From an uncultured virus (IMG/VR IMGVR_UViG_3300023094_000010) (Duplodnaviria > Heunggongvirae > Uroviricota > Caudoviricetes): DNA of 64,000 nucleotides. Below the pieces are notes generated by a model, which worked only from the letters and a program-made list of their open reading frames with translations, was not told the origin of the DNA and did not search any database. The stretch is from the IMG/VR virus record IMGVR_UViG_3300023094_000010. One strand, given 5' to 3'. A program made the position numbers and the translations under genes. This document shows, in pieces, positions 18,420 through 28,300 of this stretch. Within the stretch, counting starts at the first letter, position 1. Each line of letters begins with the position of its first letter.

Positions 18420-18656
18420 ATGTCCATCTTTCGAGTCGTCGACGACATTCCTGCATCAGTGGCCCACTCCGTGGGTCTCGCCAGCGGCGTCACCGGGCTG
18501 GCCTTTTGGGCTGAGCTCGCGCAGCACCTCACGGTTGTCGTGGGGTTTTTGTCCGCCGGGCTAGCGTGTCTCGGTGCCTTGTTCTACGCAGGCTACGGAG
18601 CCTTGAAGCTCTACGCCAAATGGAAGCGCATTCAAAAAGGCGATTTCGGCGAGTAG
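18420..18656 (+). CDS. Holin-like membrane protein
   Basis: 78 aa, two hydrophobic segments, basic C-terminus. Confidence 0.5.
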   Translation: MSIFRVVDDIPASVAHSVGLASGVTGLAFWAELAQHLTVVVGFLSAGLACLGALFYAGYGALKLYAKWKRIQKGDFGE

Positions 18657-18661
18657 ACTCT
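18653..18661 (+). promoter_or_regulatory. GTAGACTCT late motif, copy 6
   Basis: Overlaps upstream TAG, 5 nt before ATG 18667. Confidence 0.75.
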
Positions 18662-18666
18662 ATTTT

Positions 18667-19011
18667 ATGAAGCCCATCTCACTCGTCAAAAAGCCCAGCG
18701 AAGGGGAGAAGTCTTCGATGTGTTGCCCGGTCTCGTGCGAAGATTACGGCACCCGCGTGTATCTCTCCGGCCCGAAAGAGCTGGCTGCGATCCCCGAGGA
18801 AGGCACGATCACCTTCAAATTCGAGCGTTGCTCGGTCACGCTGAGCGATGGCAGTGATCCGGTTCGGATGGAGATCAAGCTGCTCTCCGTCGAGTCCGCC
18901 AAGAAGGAAGACGTCGATGATGTAAAACCCGCAAAACGCGAAGCCGACGAGGACGCAGGCACTGCGATCGATAAGCTTCTGGCGGGTCTGCAAGACGAGA
19001 TTGAGGATTAA
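18667..19011 (+). CDS. Hypothetical protein
   Basis: 114 aa acidic ORF after late motif. Confidence 0.6.
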   Translation: MKPISLVKKPSEGEKSSMCCPVSCEDYGTRVYLSGPKELAAIPEEGTITFKFERCSVTLSDGSDPVRMEIKLLSVESAKKEDVDDVKPAKREADEDAGTAIDKLLAGLQDEIED

Positions 19012-19014
19012 TCG

Positions 19015-19251
19015 ATGAGTTGCCCCAATCCTTCGGCTCTTGTCCCGAGGGTGTGGACCCCGGGGCACAATTCTGCCACGTCGCTCGAATCCCGGGCATG
19101 GGACCCGAAGCGCAACAAAGCGACGTCGGTGAGCGCCCGGCTCTGGGCACCGGCGGACAACCCAAGCGCGTGCGGGTGTGACGGGGGATTGGTCACGTTT
19201 GCCGACGAACCTCTCATGACATTTGCCGGCGACTGCATTTTTCCTTTTTAA
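19015..19251 (+). CDS. Hypothetical protein
   Basis: 78 aa, tightly packed, three short W-x-P repeats. Confidence 0.5.
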   Translation: MSCPNPSALVPRVWTPGHNSATSLESRAWDPKRNKATSVSARLWAPADNPSACGCDGGLVTFADEPLMTFAGDCIFPF

Positions 19252-19254
19252 CGC

Positions 19255-20952
19255 GTGAGCAAGTTCAACCACACCTGCGGCCAAGAGCTGCCCATCGCGA
19301 TCGACATCCTTTTCAACGGACGTCGACGTGTTACGCGTCGCTTCGAGCTGGGGAAGAACGACAACGTCGACGACACGATTTTTGCCGCTTATGGGGCAGA
19401 TGACCCCGGCGAGATTACGTCGTGCCTGACTGGATACGCGGATCTGCACTTGATCGCGCCGCAGAAGGTGGTGCCGTCTCCGGACCCCAAGTCGACTTCC
19501 ATTTTGGTGCAGGTTTTTGAGACCCTGAAAACCGAGTTGATGGCCGAGGGACCGCGAGTGCTCGGTCGCGACATCAACGACATTCTTGTCGCGAAAATCC
19601 CGTACATCGGGTTGCCCGGGGCGACCGGAGGTTTGTCGATCGGCGATACCTTCGTCGTTGGTGGGGTGACTTGCGTCGTCTCCGAAACCGAAGTCGAGGA
19701 GAACGACGGATTCACGCGGATCACGTACGTGGCTCGGCAGGTCGGCATCGGCGCGGGTGGCGCGGACGAACTTCAAGTTGGCGGTGATGAGCTGCAGATC
19801 GATTCGAACGAGCGGCACACCCTGATTCGGCGTTCGACGCAGGCATCCAGCGGCACGTTCGTGCCCGGCGTCATCGGCTCTACTTTGGTCGTCGACGGCG
19901 TCGCCTACGTGCTGAGCGAGGTCAAAAAAACCGAGAACGCGGGGTACCGTGAAATTACCCGCGTTTACCTCGAGGCGACGGGGACATTTGTGGTTGTTGG
20001 CCCCGACATCGCAGACCGCGAGATGAACGGCCTGTTGCGCGTGCGCCGCCTTCTGGTGGCCCGTGCCGGCACTGTGCCGCCTGCGCTCACGGTCGGCGTC
20101 TCGCAGTACGTCTACGGTTCGATCTACACGTATCTTTCTGCGATTTCGGACGAGGGCAGTGACGAAGCGGTCACTCGTATCACGGTCTCGTACATGGAGG
20201 AAGGCATCTTCGACGCAACGACCGATTTCAGCGTCGAAGATCAACTGTTGTACGTGACGTTCCGCAGTCTCGGGGTCCGATTCCGCCCGACTGCCTTGAA
20301 GGCCGGCTCTGTGCTCAGCGACGACCCGCTCGTTGCTTTTCAGGGGGGCGACGAGGCTTCGCTTCGATTCGCAAAGATCTCGAATGTCGCTGGTCTCCGT
20401 ACGTACGTCACGACGGTGATGATGAAGCTCGATGGCGCAGCCCTCGATCCCGAAGAAGACAACTTGCTGAGCAGTGTCCAAGATTGGGCGCAGTACCAGA
20501 AGCCGAGTTTACTCGAACTCACGAACGACGGGGTGCTGGCGACCCCCGGTCCGGATCGATGGATCAAGGTCCAGCACGAGGAGACTCTGACCACCGAAGA
20601 AGGGATCGTCGACGACGAGGGAAAACCTTTTTCGGTGAAGAGCTGGGCGTATTTCCGAATCAGCTACGTCCCTTCTGACGGTTCGGCCCCTGTGATCGAG
20701 GCCAAGGGCGCGTCGGGATACCTCGGCACGGGGTCGGTCTCGATCACGAACGGTACCTTCGCGAACGTCGATGTGATTTCAGCGGCCGGTGTCGCTGGCT
20801 CTGACCCGTCTCCAGAGGTTTTTTACGACACGGAAAATGTCGTACTCGAATTCAATAAGGGGTTGTCTTTTATCACTGACGAGGGAGTGCGTTGGTATCG
20901 TAAGCGCGTGGTGACGCTGGTGGGTAAATTCGGAGATTATCTGTTGACGTGA
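19255..20952 (+). CDS. Putative tail structural protein
   Basis: 565 aa, beta-rich with internal repeats (RITYV, EITRVY, RITVSY). Confidence 0.55.
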   Translation: MSKFNHTCGQELPIAIDILFNGRRRVTRRFELGKNDNVDDTIFAAYGADDPGEITSCLTGYADLHLIAPQKVVPSPDPKSTSILVQVFETLKTELMAEGPRVLGRDINDILVAKIPYIGLPGATGGLSIGDTFVVGGVTCVVSETEVEENDGFTRITYVARQVGIGAGGADELQVGGDELQIDSNERHTLIRRSTQASSGTFVPGVIGSTLVVDGVAYVLSEVKKTENAGYREITRVYLEATGTFVVVGPDIADREMNGLLRVRRLLVARAGTVPPALTVGVSQYVYGSIYTYLSAISDEGSDEAVTRITVSYMEEGIFDATTDFSVEDQLLYVTFRSLGVRFRPTALKAGSVLSDDPLVAFQGGDEASLRFAKISNVAGLRTYVTTVMMKLDGAALDPEEDNLLSSVQDWAQYQKPSLLELTNDGVLATPGPDRWIKVQHEETLTTEEGIVDDEGKPFSVKSWAYFRISYVPSDGSAPVIEAKGASGYLGTGSVSITNGTFANVDVISAAGVAGSDPSPEVFYDTENVVLEFNKGLSFITDEGVRWYRKRVVTLVGKFGDYLLT

Positions 20953-21545
20953 TCAACACCGCTTACAAAGGGATCACATCTTCGAAGGGCCTCGAATCCT
21001 CGAAGGGACTTCAGTCTTCGACGGGAATTAAATCCTCGGGGGGTCTGAAATCATCCACCGGAATTAAAGCTTCCGGCGGTCTGGACTCGCACCTGCCTGC
21101 ACCGGTGGATCTCCGTAAGACCACGGTCCGACGCAGGAACATCGACGACCCTTTTGATGTTTTTTTATCAGGGCGAGGTGGCGGGGCCGGAAGTGCGCAG
21201 CACCCTCTACAGGGGTACTTCCAAACCGTTTCGGGGGTTCGTAAGGTAAGGATAAGAAATGGAGACGTGAACAGTGTAGTGCCACCCGAGGTGCAGGGCG
21301 GTTCCGCCCCCGTGGACTACGATGATTCCGACAAGGTGTATTGGGTCGACGCGGAGTTTGATTCAATGGGCGTATTTACAGGCCCGGTCGTTGTCGGCCG
21401 GGGGGCATCCCTGCCGGCAAATACTGCGACTCACGCCTACCGCAGAATTTTCGAGGTATCCGGCGGCGTAATACTACAAAGCGTCACCAGCTCGCTCGAG
21501 GTGGCCAGCTGCGGAGTCGGCGTCTATTCGTGGGGGTCTGTTTAA
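20949..21545 (+). CDS. Hypothetical tail-region protein with hexapeptide repeats
   Basis: N-terminal SSKGLE/SSKGLQ/SSTGIK/SSGGLK repeats. Confidence 0.55.
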   Translation: MINTAYKGITSSKGLESSKGLQSSTGIKSSGGLKSSTGIKASGGLDSHLPAPVDLRKTTVRRRNIDDPFDVFLSGRGGGAGSAQHPLQGYFQTVSGVRKVRIRNGDVNSVVPPEVQGGSAPVDYDDSDKVYWVDAEFDSMGVFTGPVVVGRGASLPANTATHAYRRIFEVSGGVILQSVTSSLEVASCGVGVYSWGSV

Positions 21546-22465
21546 TGCCACTCCCTCCATCAGTGGGCTGTGAGGATTGCTGCACGATTACCTGTGAAAT
21601 GCCTACCATTTCGTGGGAATCCAGATCGGCAAGCAAGACGAAGTGCGGTCACGTCGAGTTCCCCGGGTTTGTCAGCACGCCGCCCAAGATTTATCTCAAT
21701 AGCACCCTGTCCGGATTCACCAAGCGGTGTCGTCAAAACTCCGGCGAAGATCCGTGCATCCCGCCACCCGGCGAGGAAAGCGTGTTCTTGGTGGATATAA
21801 ATACAGTGTCAGGCCAATGCGAATACGACTCAACCACCTGTTCGCCCACAAACACCAAGCGGGTGGAGACTCGATTCAGCACGGACAATGAATCATGTGA
21901 CGATACCCCACCTGTATCCGATGATCAGGTCATCTCCTGTGGAACTCCGTTCGCCGGCGATTTCGTCGTGCCCACGTACCTGTCCTCCACTCATGCTGAA
22001 TCAAATATAGACCCGGTCATCGCGGCCGATTCCTGCGTGGTCGACGGCCCGCAGGTTTGTGATCTTTCTGATGAGCACACCGATTTATTGCTGGAGACCA
22101 ATACTCAGACCGCACTTCCTGATGGATACCCCAACACAACCCCGGGTAGCTATTACAATTTAACGGCCGATCACATCACCCTATCCATACGCGAAGGCAG
22201 ATATCAGTTCTCATTCCCCGGCCCCGTCACACGGAACCGACCCAATCCATGTTATAAAATAAATTGGGTCGAGCGGTTCACGCCGGACGTGGGGGCTGTG
22301 ATTGATACATCCAAGACTTGGTCGTGGGATGGGGTATTGCCGCCCGGCTACAGCCCCGGGGATTCATCCACTTGGCCGAAGTCGCCTAAATTTATCGCAC
22401 CGATCCCGTCCAGCAACGGAACCACCTCCGTTGTTATTACCGCCGTGCTCTGCGACTGCTCATGA
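21545..22465 (+). CDS. Cys-rich hypothetical protein
   Basis: About 306 aa, many Cys, Ser/Thr/Pro-rich; TAATG coupling. Confidence 0.6.
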   Translation: MPLPPSVGCEDCCTITCEMPTISWESRSASKTKCGHVEFPGFVSTPPKIYLNSTLSGFTKRCRQNSGEDPCIPPPGEESVFLVDINTVSGQCEYDSTTCSPTNTKRVETRFSTDNESCDDTPPVSDDQVISCGTPFAGDFVVPTYLSSTHAESNIDPVIAADSCVVDGPQVCDLSDEHTDLLLETNTQTALPDGYPNTTPGSYYNLTADHITLSIREGRYQFSFPGPVTRNRPNPCYKINWVERFTPDVGAVIDTSKTWSWDGVLPPGYSPGDSSTWPKSPKFIAPIPSSNGTTSVVITAVLCDCS

Positions 22466-22893
22466 GAACCGAAGACGTACAGGTGAGGCGGGATATTTGC
22501 GAGGGGTGTAGGCTGACATGCGATGCTCGCGCCTTGATCAACCATGCTGACCCCTGTGTGGGCTGCCCCTCCGGAGTGTGGCACGCCCACGGGCGATGTG
22601 AGATTTCAGGGGAAGCTCAAGATGGAGTTTTAGACATGGCGTCTTCGGCTGCTAGATCCGTATCTCAATGGATTAAGTCCGGGGCACCTTTAGTTTCGTC
22701 CTCGATTTACAGGGGAAGGCTTTCGCTCTGTCGCGCTTGTCCGCATTGGAACGAGGGAGCGAGAATAGGGCTGGGCAAATGCAAGGCTCCCGGTTGTGGG
22801 TGTACCAAGCTGAAGCTTAGGCTCGCCACTGAAAGTTGTCCATTGCCCGTGCCGAGGTGGACGCGAATTCCTGCTGCGCCTGAGGCATCCTAA
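22462..22893 (+). CDS. Cys-rich zinc-finger-like protein
   Basis: RLSLCRACPHW...CKAPGCGC..KLRLATESCP, similar to 9539-9790. Confidence 0.6.
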   Translation: MRTEDVQVRRDICEGCRLTCDARALINHADPCVGCPSGVWHAHGRCEISGEAQDGVLDMASSAARSVSQWIKSGAPLVSSSIYRGRLSLCRACPHWNEGARIGLGKCKAPGCGCTKLKLRLATESCPLPVPRWTRIPAAPEAS

Positions 22894-22901
22894 AACTTCG
22901 C

Positions 22902-22910
22902 GTAGACTCT
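22902..22910 (+). promoter_or_regulatory. GTAGACTCT late motif, copy 7
   Basis: 6 nt before ATG 22917. Confidence 0.75.
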
Positions 22911-22916
22911 TTTAAA

Positions 22917-23861
22917 ATGCTCCTAGTCTCCGATGTTTATGATGAGGTCCAGCGCGTGATGGGCCAGTGCGACGACGCTTCGACGTTCAATCGAATCTCG
23001 GACGCCACGGAGATCCTGTGCAACAAAACCGACATCGATCCTCTCATCGGATGGGTCGACATCAACACCGCCGGCGGCCGAGCAATCACGCTGCCGCGGG
23101 AGGTGGACACGGTGCTGGCCCTGAACATTTCGGGGCGTCCGACATTCCCTCGCGACCGCTGGGCGGAATTTCACCTGAACGGCAAAGGCACCGATTGCGG
23201 TCCTGCGTGCGGCCACTACTGGGACGACAAAGGTGACTTCCCCATCTTCGTGGACCCGACGGCACCGGTGCAGCTCACCGGAGTTTGCACAGCAGATGAC
23301 GTCGCGGCGGAGCTCTGGGCGTACGGATACGACGCCGACGACCGACGCATTTTTTCCACCGTCGGCGGCAATACCGTGGACGGGTACAAAGTGGTGCTCT
23401 CAACGACCCCCACGGCACCCGGTGGTGGGGCTCCTTTTTTCAAACGCATCACTGAGATTCGGAAGACCGCGACCAAGGGGTTTGTCTCGCTCTATGGCAC
23501 TGACGATACCCCCGTCACCGGACTGCTCGGTGAATATGAGCCCTTCGAAACTCTGCCCAAGTACCGCCGACTTCTGATCTCGAGCGACGCTTGCTGGGTC
23601 CGAATCCAGTATCGTCGAAAAGTTTTTCGAGTGACGGCCCAGACGGACCGCATTCCCATCCATTCGCGTTACGCGCTTATGCTGATGTGCAAGGCGCTGC
23701 AAAAATTCGACGATGACAAGATCGAAGAGGCCAAAATCTACGAGGACAAAGCGGTTGCGTATCTGCTCGAAAAGCAGAATGCTACCAACCCGCCGACCTC
23801 TCCATCCATCCAAGTCTCGCCCCTGTCGACACTTGTTGATCCGTGTGAGCGTCTTACCTAA
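22917..23861 (+). CDS. Head-tail adaptor-like protein
   Basis: 314 aa, helical N- and C-termini flanking a beta core, precedes ejection-type genes. Confidence 0.5.
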   Translation: MLLVSDVYDEVQRVMGQCDDASTFNRISDATEILCNKTDIDPLIGWVDINTAGGRAITLPREVDTVLALNISGRPTFPRDRWAEFHLNGKGTDCGPACGHYWDDKGDFPIFVDPTAPVQLTGVCTADDVAAELWAYGYDADDRRIFSTVGGNTVDGYKVVLSTTPTAPGGGAPFFKRITEIRKTATKGFVSLYGTDDTPVTGLLGEYEPFETLPKYRRLLISSDACWVRIQYRRKVFRVTAQTDRIPIHSRYALMLMCKALQKFDDDKIEEAKIYEDKAVAYLLEKQNATNPPTSPSIQVSPLSTLVDPCERLT

Positions 23862-23864
23862 GCC

Positions 23865-25301
23865 ATGAACGATCCTTTTGCAATTCAGACCCGTGAAGGC
23901 ATGGACGCGCCCGACCTGCAGGTTCGCACGGCCCAGTTGAAGCTGCAAGCCGGCATCGCGCCGACGGAGAAAGAAATTCGGAGGCTCGCAGTTCGCCAAG
24001 GCCTCGAGTCGGAAGTGGCTCGACAAAACGAAGAGCGCACCGCCGCCGGTTTTTCTCCTGTCGCGCCGGTGCGCGTCTCGGTAAATCAAGGTTTGGCCGG
24101 CACTGGCTTGGACCCGGTGCTGGTGAATGCTCGTGTACAGGCGGCCCGCATCGCGTCGGACCCTGTTGAGCGGGCCAAGTTCGAACAGGCGCAGGAGTTG
24201 GCCTCCTTCGGGCTTCGAGCGACCCCCGGCACGCCTGAGGCAGCCGATGCATTGGTCAATGCAAAGGTGCGAGCCTCGACGGCGCTGAATTCCGGGCTTC
24301 CGCTTGAACAGGTTGATCAGGCCCGATTGGTCGGATCTGTACCGACAGCGGCTCCTGTGCTTGCGGCGGACGTGGCGATCCCCGAGGCTGTGGCACCGGT
24401 CGACGCGCCGGTGCTGGCCCCCATTGCGACGCCGACCCCGGTGGTCAGTCTGAGCCCCGTTGAGCGAGTGAAGGCAGTAATTCCGAAAGAGTACGAGCCG
24501 AACGCCACCGATCCCACCGCTGTGGTGGACAAGGAATTTTCTCGTCGTTTCGCGGGTCAGCGCATGTCCGTGGCGCAGCTTCGTGACGCCAAGGCTCAAA
24601 TCCGCAAGGAACTGACTCCTTCGCGCCAGACGCGCAGTATCACCGACCCCCTCACCCGCGATGTGTACGACATCGAAGTGATGACGGACCCCCTTGGGAA
24701 CATATATCAGCGCGGGGAACCCATTTTCAAGAGCGCAGGCCCCAACAAAAAGATCGACGAAGAATATCAGAAAGACGTCACCGATTGGACGGCTGGCGGC
24801 GGTGCGTCCCAGACTCGAGCGAACATCCAGCGTTTGCAGAGCGCCATCGACGTACTCAAAGATCCCAGCACGGTGCTTTCTTCCGGTCGCGTGGCGGGAT
24901 TGCTTCCCGAGAGCGTTCGTAAAGTGTTCCAGAGCCCCCGCACCGCGTCGGCGCAAGCGGGCATCGAGTCCGTTGCGCAAGAATCGTTGCGCAAGATCCT
25001 CGGGGCTCAGTTCACCGAAAAAGAGGGCGAGAAGTTTCTCGCTCGCGTTTTTGACGTGAAAATGCCCGAAGAAGAAAATGCTCGCCGCGCCACGCTGCTC
25101 GTCAAAACGCTGGACAATATGGCCGACACCAAGGATCGCGCCGCTGATTATTTCCGCCAGCACGGCACCATTCAGGGCTTCGTCGGCCCGACGTCTTTTT
25201 CGATGACCGATCTCGACAACGCCATCCTCGGTTCAACGCCCGCAAACCTCGCCCCCGTCAGGTCTGCCAAAGACGCGTACTTGTCTCAGTTCAAGCAGTA
25301 G
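23865..25301 (+). CDS. Internal virion (ejection)-like protein
   Basis: 478 aa Ala-rich helical; LRKILGAQFTEKEG motif. Confidence 0.55.
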   Translation: MNDPFAIQTREGMDAPDLQVRTAQLKLQAGIAPTEKEIRRLAVRQGLESEVARQNEERTAAGFSPVAPVRVSVNQGLAGTGLDPVLVNARVQAARIASDPVERAKFEQAQELASFGLRATPGTPEAADALVNAKVRASTALNSGLPLEQVDQARLVGSVPTAAPVLAADVAIPEAVAPVDAPVLAPIATPTPVVSLSPVERVKAVIPKEYEPNATDPTAVVDKEFSRRFAGQRMSVAQLRDAKAQIRKELTPSRQTRSITDPLTRDVYDIEVMTDPLGNIYQRGEPIFKSAGPNKKIDEEYQKDVTDWTAGGGASQTRANIQRLQSAIDVLKDPSTVLSSGRVAGLLPESVRKVFQSPRTASAQAGIESVAQESLRKILGAQFTEKEGEKFLARVFDVKMPEEENARRATLLVKTLDNMADTKDRAADYFRQHGTIQGFVGPTSFSMTDLDNAILGSTPANLAPVRSAKDAYLSQFKQ

Positions 25302-25306
25302 ACTCT
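25298..25306 (+). promoter_or_regulatory. GTAGACTCT late motif, copy 8
   Basis: Overlaps upstream TAG, 9 nt before ATG 25316. Confidence 0.75.
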
Positions 25307-25315
25307 GTTCTACGC

Positions 25316-28300
25316 ATGGACCCCATTCTGACCAAGGACGCCGCAGCGCAGCGCGTTGATTATCTCTCCTCGCTTCCGCTCGCCAAGCTGAAGCAGGAAC
25401 AGGAGAAAGAAAAAGCGGCCGGGTCCTATACCCCGCAGACGCGGGGTCTGTACGAGGCGTTGGCGTCCGAGAAATTGGACAACCTCTCGGCGCAGCTCTC
25501 CGCACTCCCCTCGAAGCAAATCGCTTTTGAATTCGAGCGTGGGCTGGCCGACGGTGAATACGACGAAGGCCTTGCACCCGTTGCACAGGAACTTTTCAAC
25601 ACCAAATTCAAAGAAGAACGAGGCAAGTCGGGCCTCGAGAAGACGGGGAGTTTTCTCTCGTCGGCCGCTTCCATGGTCGGAAACGAACTGGCGGCCCCGT
25701 TCACCGAACGCGACAGCCAAATCGTGAAGCCCTTTGTGAAGGGGGTCGCGAAATCCGCTCGAGATCTCGCGGTCGGGTCCAATTATTTCGCTTTGGGCAA
25801 TCTCGGCTCTGGAGTACCCGTTGAAGACCAGCGCAAGGCCACCAACCGTCTGTTGAGCGGAGCCGAATTCGGAACGCGTCAGACGGCGGATCTCGTCCGT
25901 GATATTTTTGACGACCAAGCTGACGAAGAGTTCAAGGCCAAGGGGGATCAGTCGCTGGGAGATATTTTTAAGGCGCGTCGTGCTGAACAGCGTTCGTTGG
26001 TCGACGCCGCACGCGGCGCGGGCACGCTCGTCACCGGTGATGGCCGCTCAGCGCCCGCACAGATGGACGCGCAGGACTTGGCAGACATTCAAGAGATGTC
26101 TCAGGGTTTGGATGCTACCAATCTGGTACCGTTCGGCGGCGGTTTTAAGCTGGGCGCTTCAGGAGTGTCCCGCGTTTTGCAGGGCGTCGCAAAAAAGGTC
26201 GGCATCGAATCGGTCGAGCGCGGGATTGCTGCGGCTGCGAAGGTCGCCGACAAGGTGTTGGAGACTGGTCCCCGTCGACAGGTGTTGGGCACTCCGTTGA
26301 TGACCGCCGAAGAGGCTCTCATTCGACAGGCCAAAACAGACGGGCTGCTCCGCAAGGCGCGTCTCGCGGCCGGTAAAGGCACCGTCGCGTTGGGCGATGG
26401 CATCCAAAACATCGTCAAGGCTCTGCCGGCTGCCGGCACCACGGGCGTTGCTGCGGCCGGTCTCACGCTGGCCTCCGGCGGTGACGCGCAGGAAGCTTTG
26501 ACCGCTGGTCTGTCCACGCTCGTCGGTCGGAAGATTTTGGGGTCTCGCGCCGGTATGACGGGTGTCGGCAAGGGTCTGCAACTCGCCGGTCGAGCCATCC
26601 AAAAAGATTTGCCGACCCCGTTTTCCAAAACGCAGGCGGCGATCAACGCTTTTCGCTACGAGTATCGCCCGGTCAAAACGGCGCTGACTGCTGCCGGTCT
26701 CGGTGCGGTGGAAACCGGCCTGTTGTCTCTCGGCGCGGATTCGCCTGAAGAGGCGGGCTCCATCGTTGGTGGTGGCGCTACACTCGGTGCGGCCGGTTCG
26801 GCCCTCGGTACCTTGCAGGCGGTCGGACGCGATCAGCTCGTGAAGAAGGCCGCCGGGGTCACCGGTGACACCTCAGGTGCTGTCGTGGACGTTCCTCCGT
26901 TGGGCCTCGATCCCGTGGCAGACAAGATCAATGCCGAAGCCCTAAAGCAGCTCACTCCCGCAGGATCTGTTTTCCTTCAGACCGCCCGGGCAATGCTGCC
27001 AGATCAGCACGTATATGTCGCCATGACCGGCGATCAGGCGCAGTCGATCTATACACGCCTCACCGGTGATCAAACCGACGTGCGCAACGTCAATGGTGTC
27101 ACGGTGCCGACCAAGGACGGCAAGCAGCTGGTGATCATTCGCCCTGCCGGCGTCACGCCCGGGATCACCGGCGAGGCGGGCGGCCACGAGGTTACGCACG
27201 CGCTGAAAAACATTGCACTGGCGGACCCCAAGACCCGCGGCGCTTGGCTCGCGGTCGAAGAAGAGGCCCGCAAAGCCCTCGGACCGGAAGGCAGCGAAGT
27301 TTTTGAAGGGGTCAAACAGCAGTACCTCGATCAGATGCCCCCGGGCTCGACCATGACCGAGCAGCAGGTGGTCGACGAGTTCATCGCGGAACACGGATCT
27401 GTGATTCTGTCCGGATTGCCGGCGGGAAAGCTCGGCGGCAATCGCAACGTGGCGCAGACGCTCACGAGCGCACTTTTCCGCCTCGCCGAGAATGCGGGTC
27501 TGCGTAAGGTTGGCTTTGCCCGTGATGGATCGGACCCTGTCACCTCGTCCACGCTGCCTTACACGCCGTCGTTCAATCTGCTCGATTCGCTGGAGTACGC
27601 CATCAATGCCTCGCGACTCGAGGCGTCCGATCTGGTGCCGGACAATTCTGTGCCCCCCGCAGCACCAACGCCGGCTGCTCCCGCCGTCCCCCCGGCGACT
27701 TCCACCCCCGCAGCACCGGCTCCGGTGGTTGCGCCCACTGCGAGCACTTTTTCTGGCGGTCCCGGAGTCCTCAATCCGATTCCGACGGGACTGGCGACCG
27801 ATCGGTCGCTGGGTACCACTACGCCTCCGCAACAGCCGACGGTTGAAACGCCTGCCCCAGAGGCCCCCGTCGTCGCTCCTGCAGTAGAGGCGACCCCCCT
27901 TGCGTCTACTGAAACGGCTCCCGCGATCGACAAGTCGGTCAATGGCGCGATCCGCGGACAAGAAGTTCAGGCGGCCCGCACCAACTCGGAGTCCCCGCTT
28001 TCGTCTGTCGAGGAAAAGCAGATGCAGGATGCGCAGCCCGATAAGGCCAAACAGCCCGTCGCTCGCAAGGTCTGGGAGTCGGTCAAGGCCCTCGGAGGCC
28101 AGCGCATCGGTCTGCCCATTTTCGAAGCCGCGATCAATCAGGACGGCGTGGTGCGCTCGAAGCGCGTCGCCCCTTACGCGATCGAGGTTTCGTCCGGCGG
28201 TAAGGTCACGGCGATCGCTGTCGATATGGACCGCGCCAACTACAATGCCAAGCTTCTTTTCGACTGGGCGGCCGAGAAGGGCACTCCCAATCGCTTCGGA

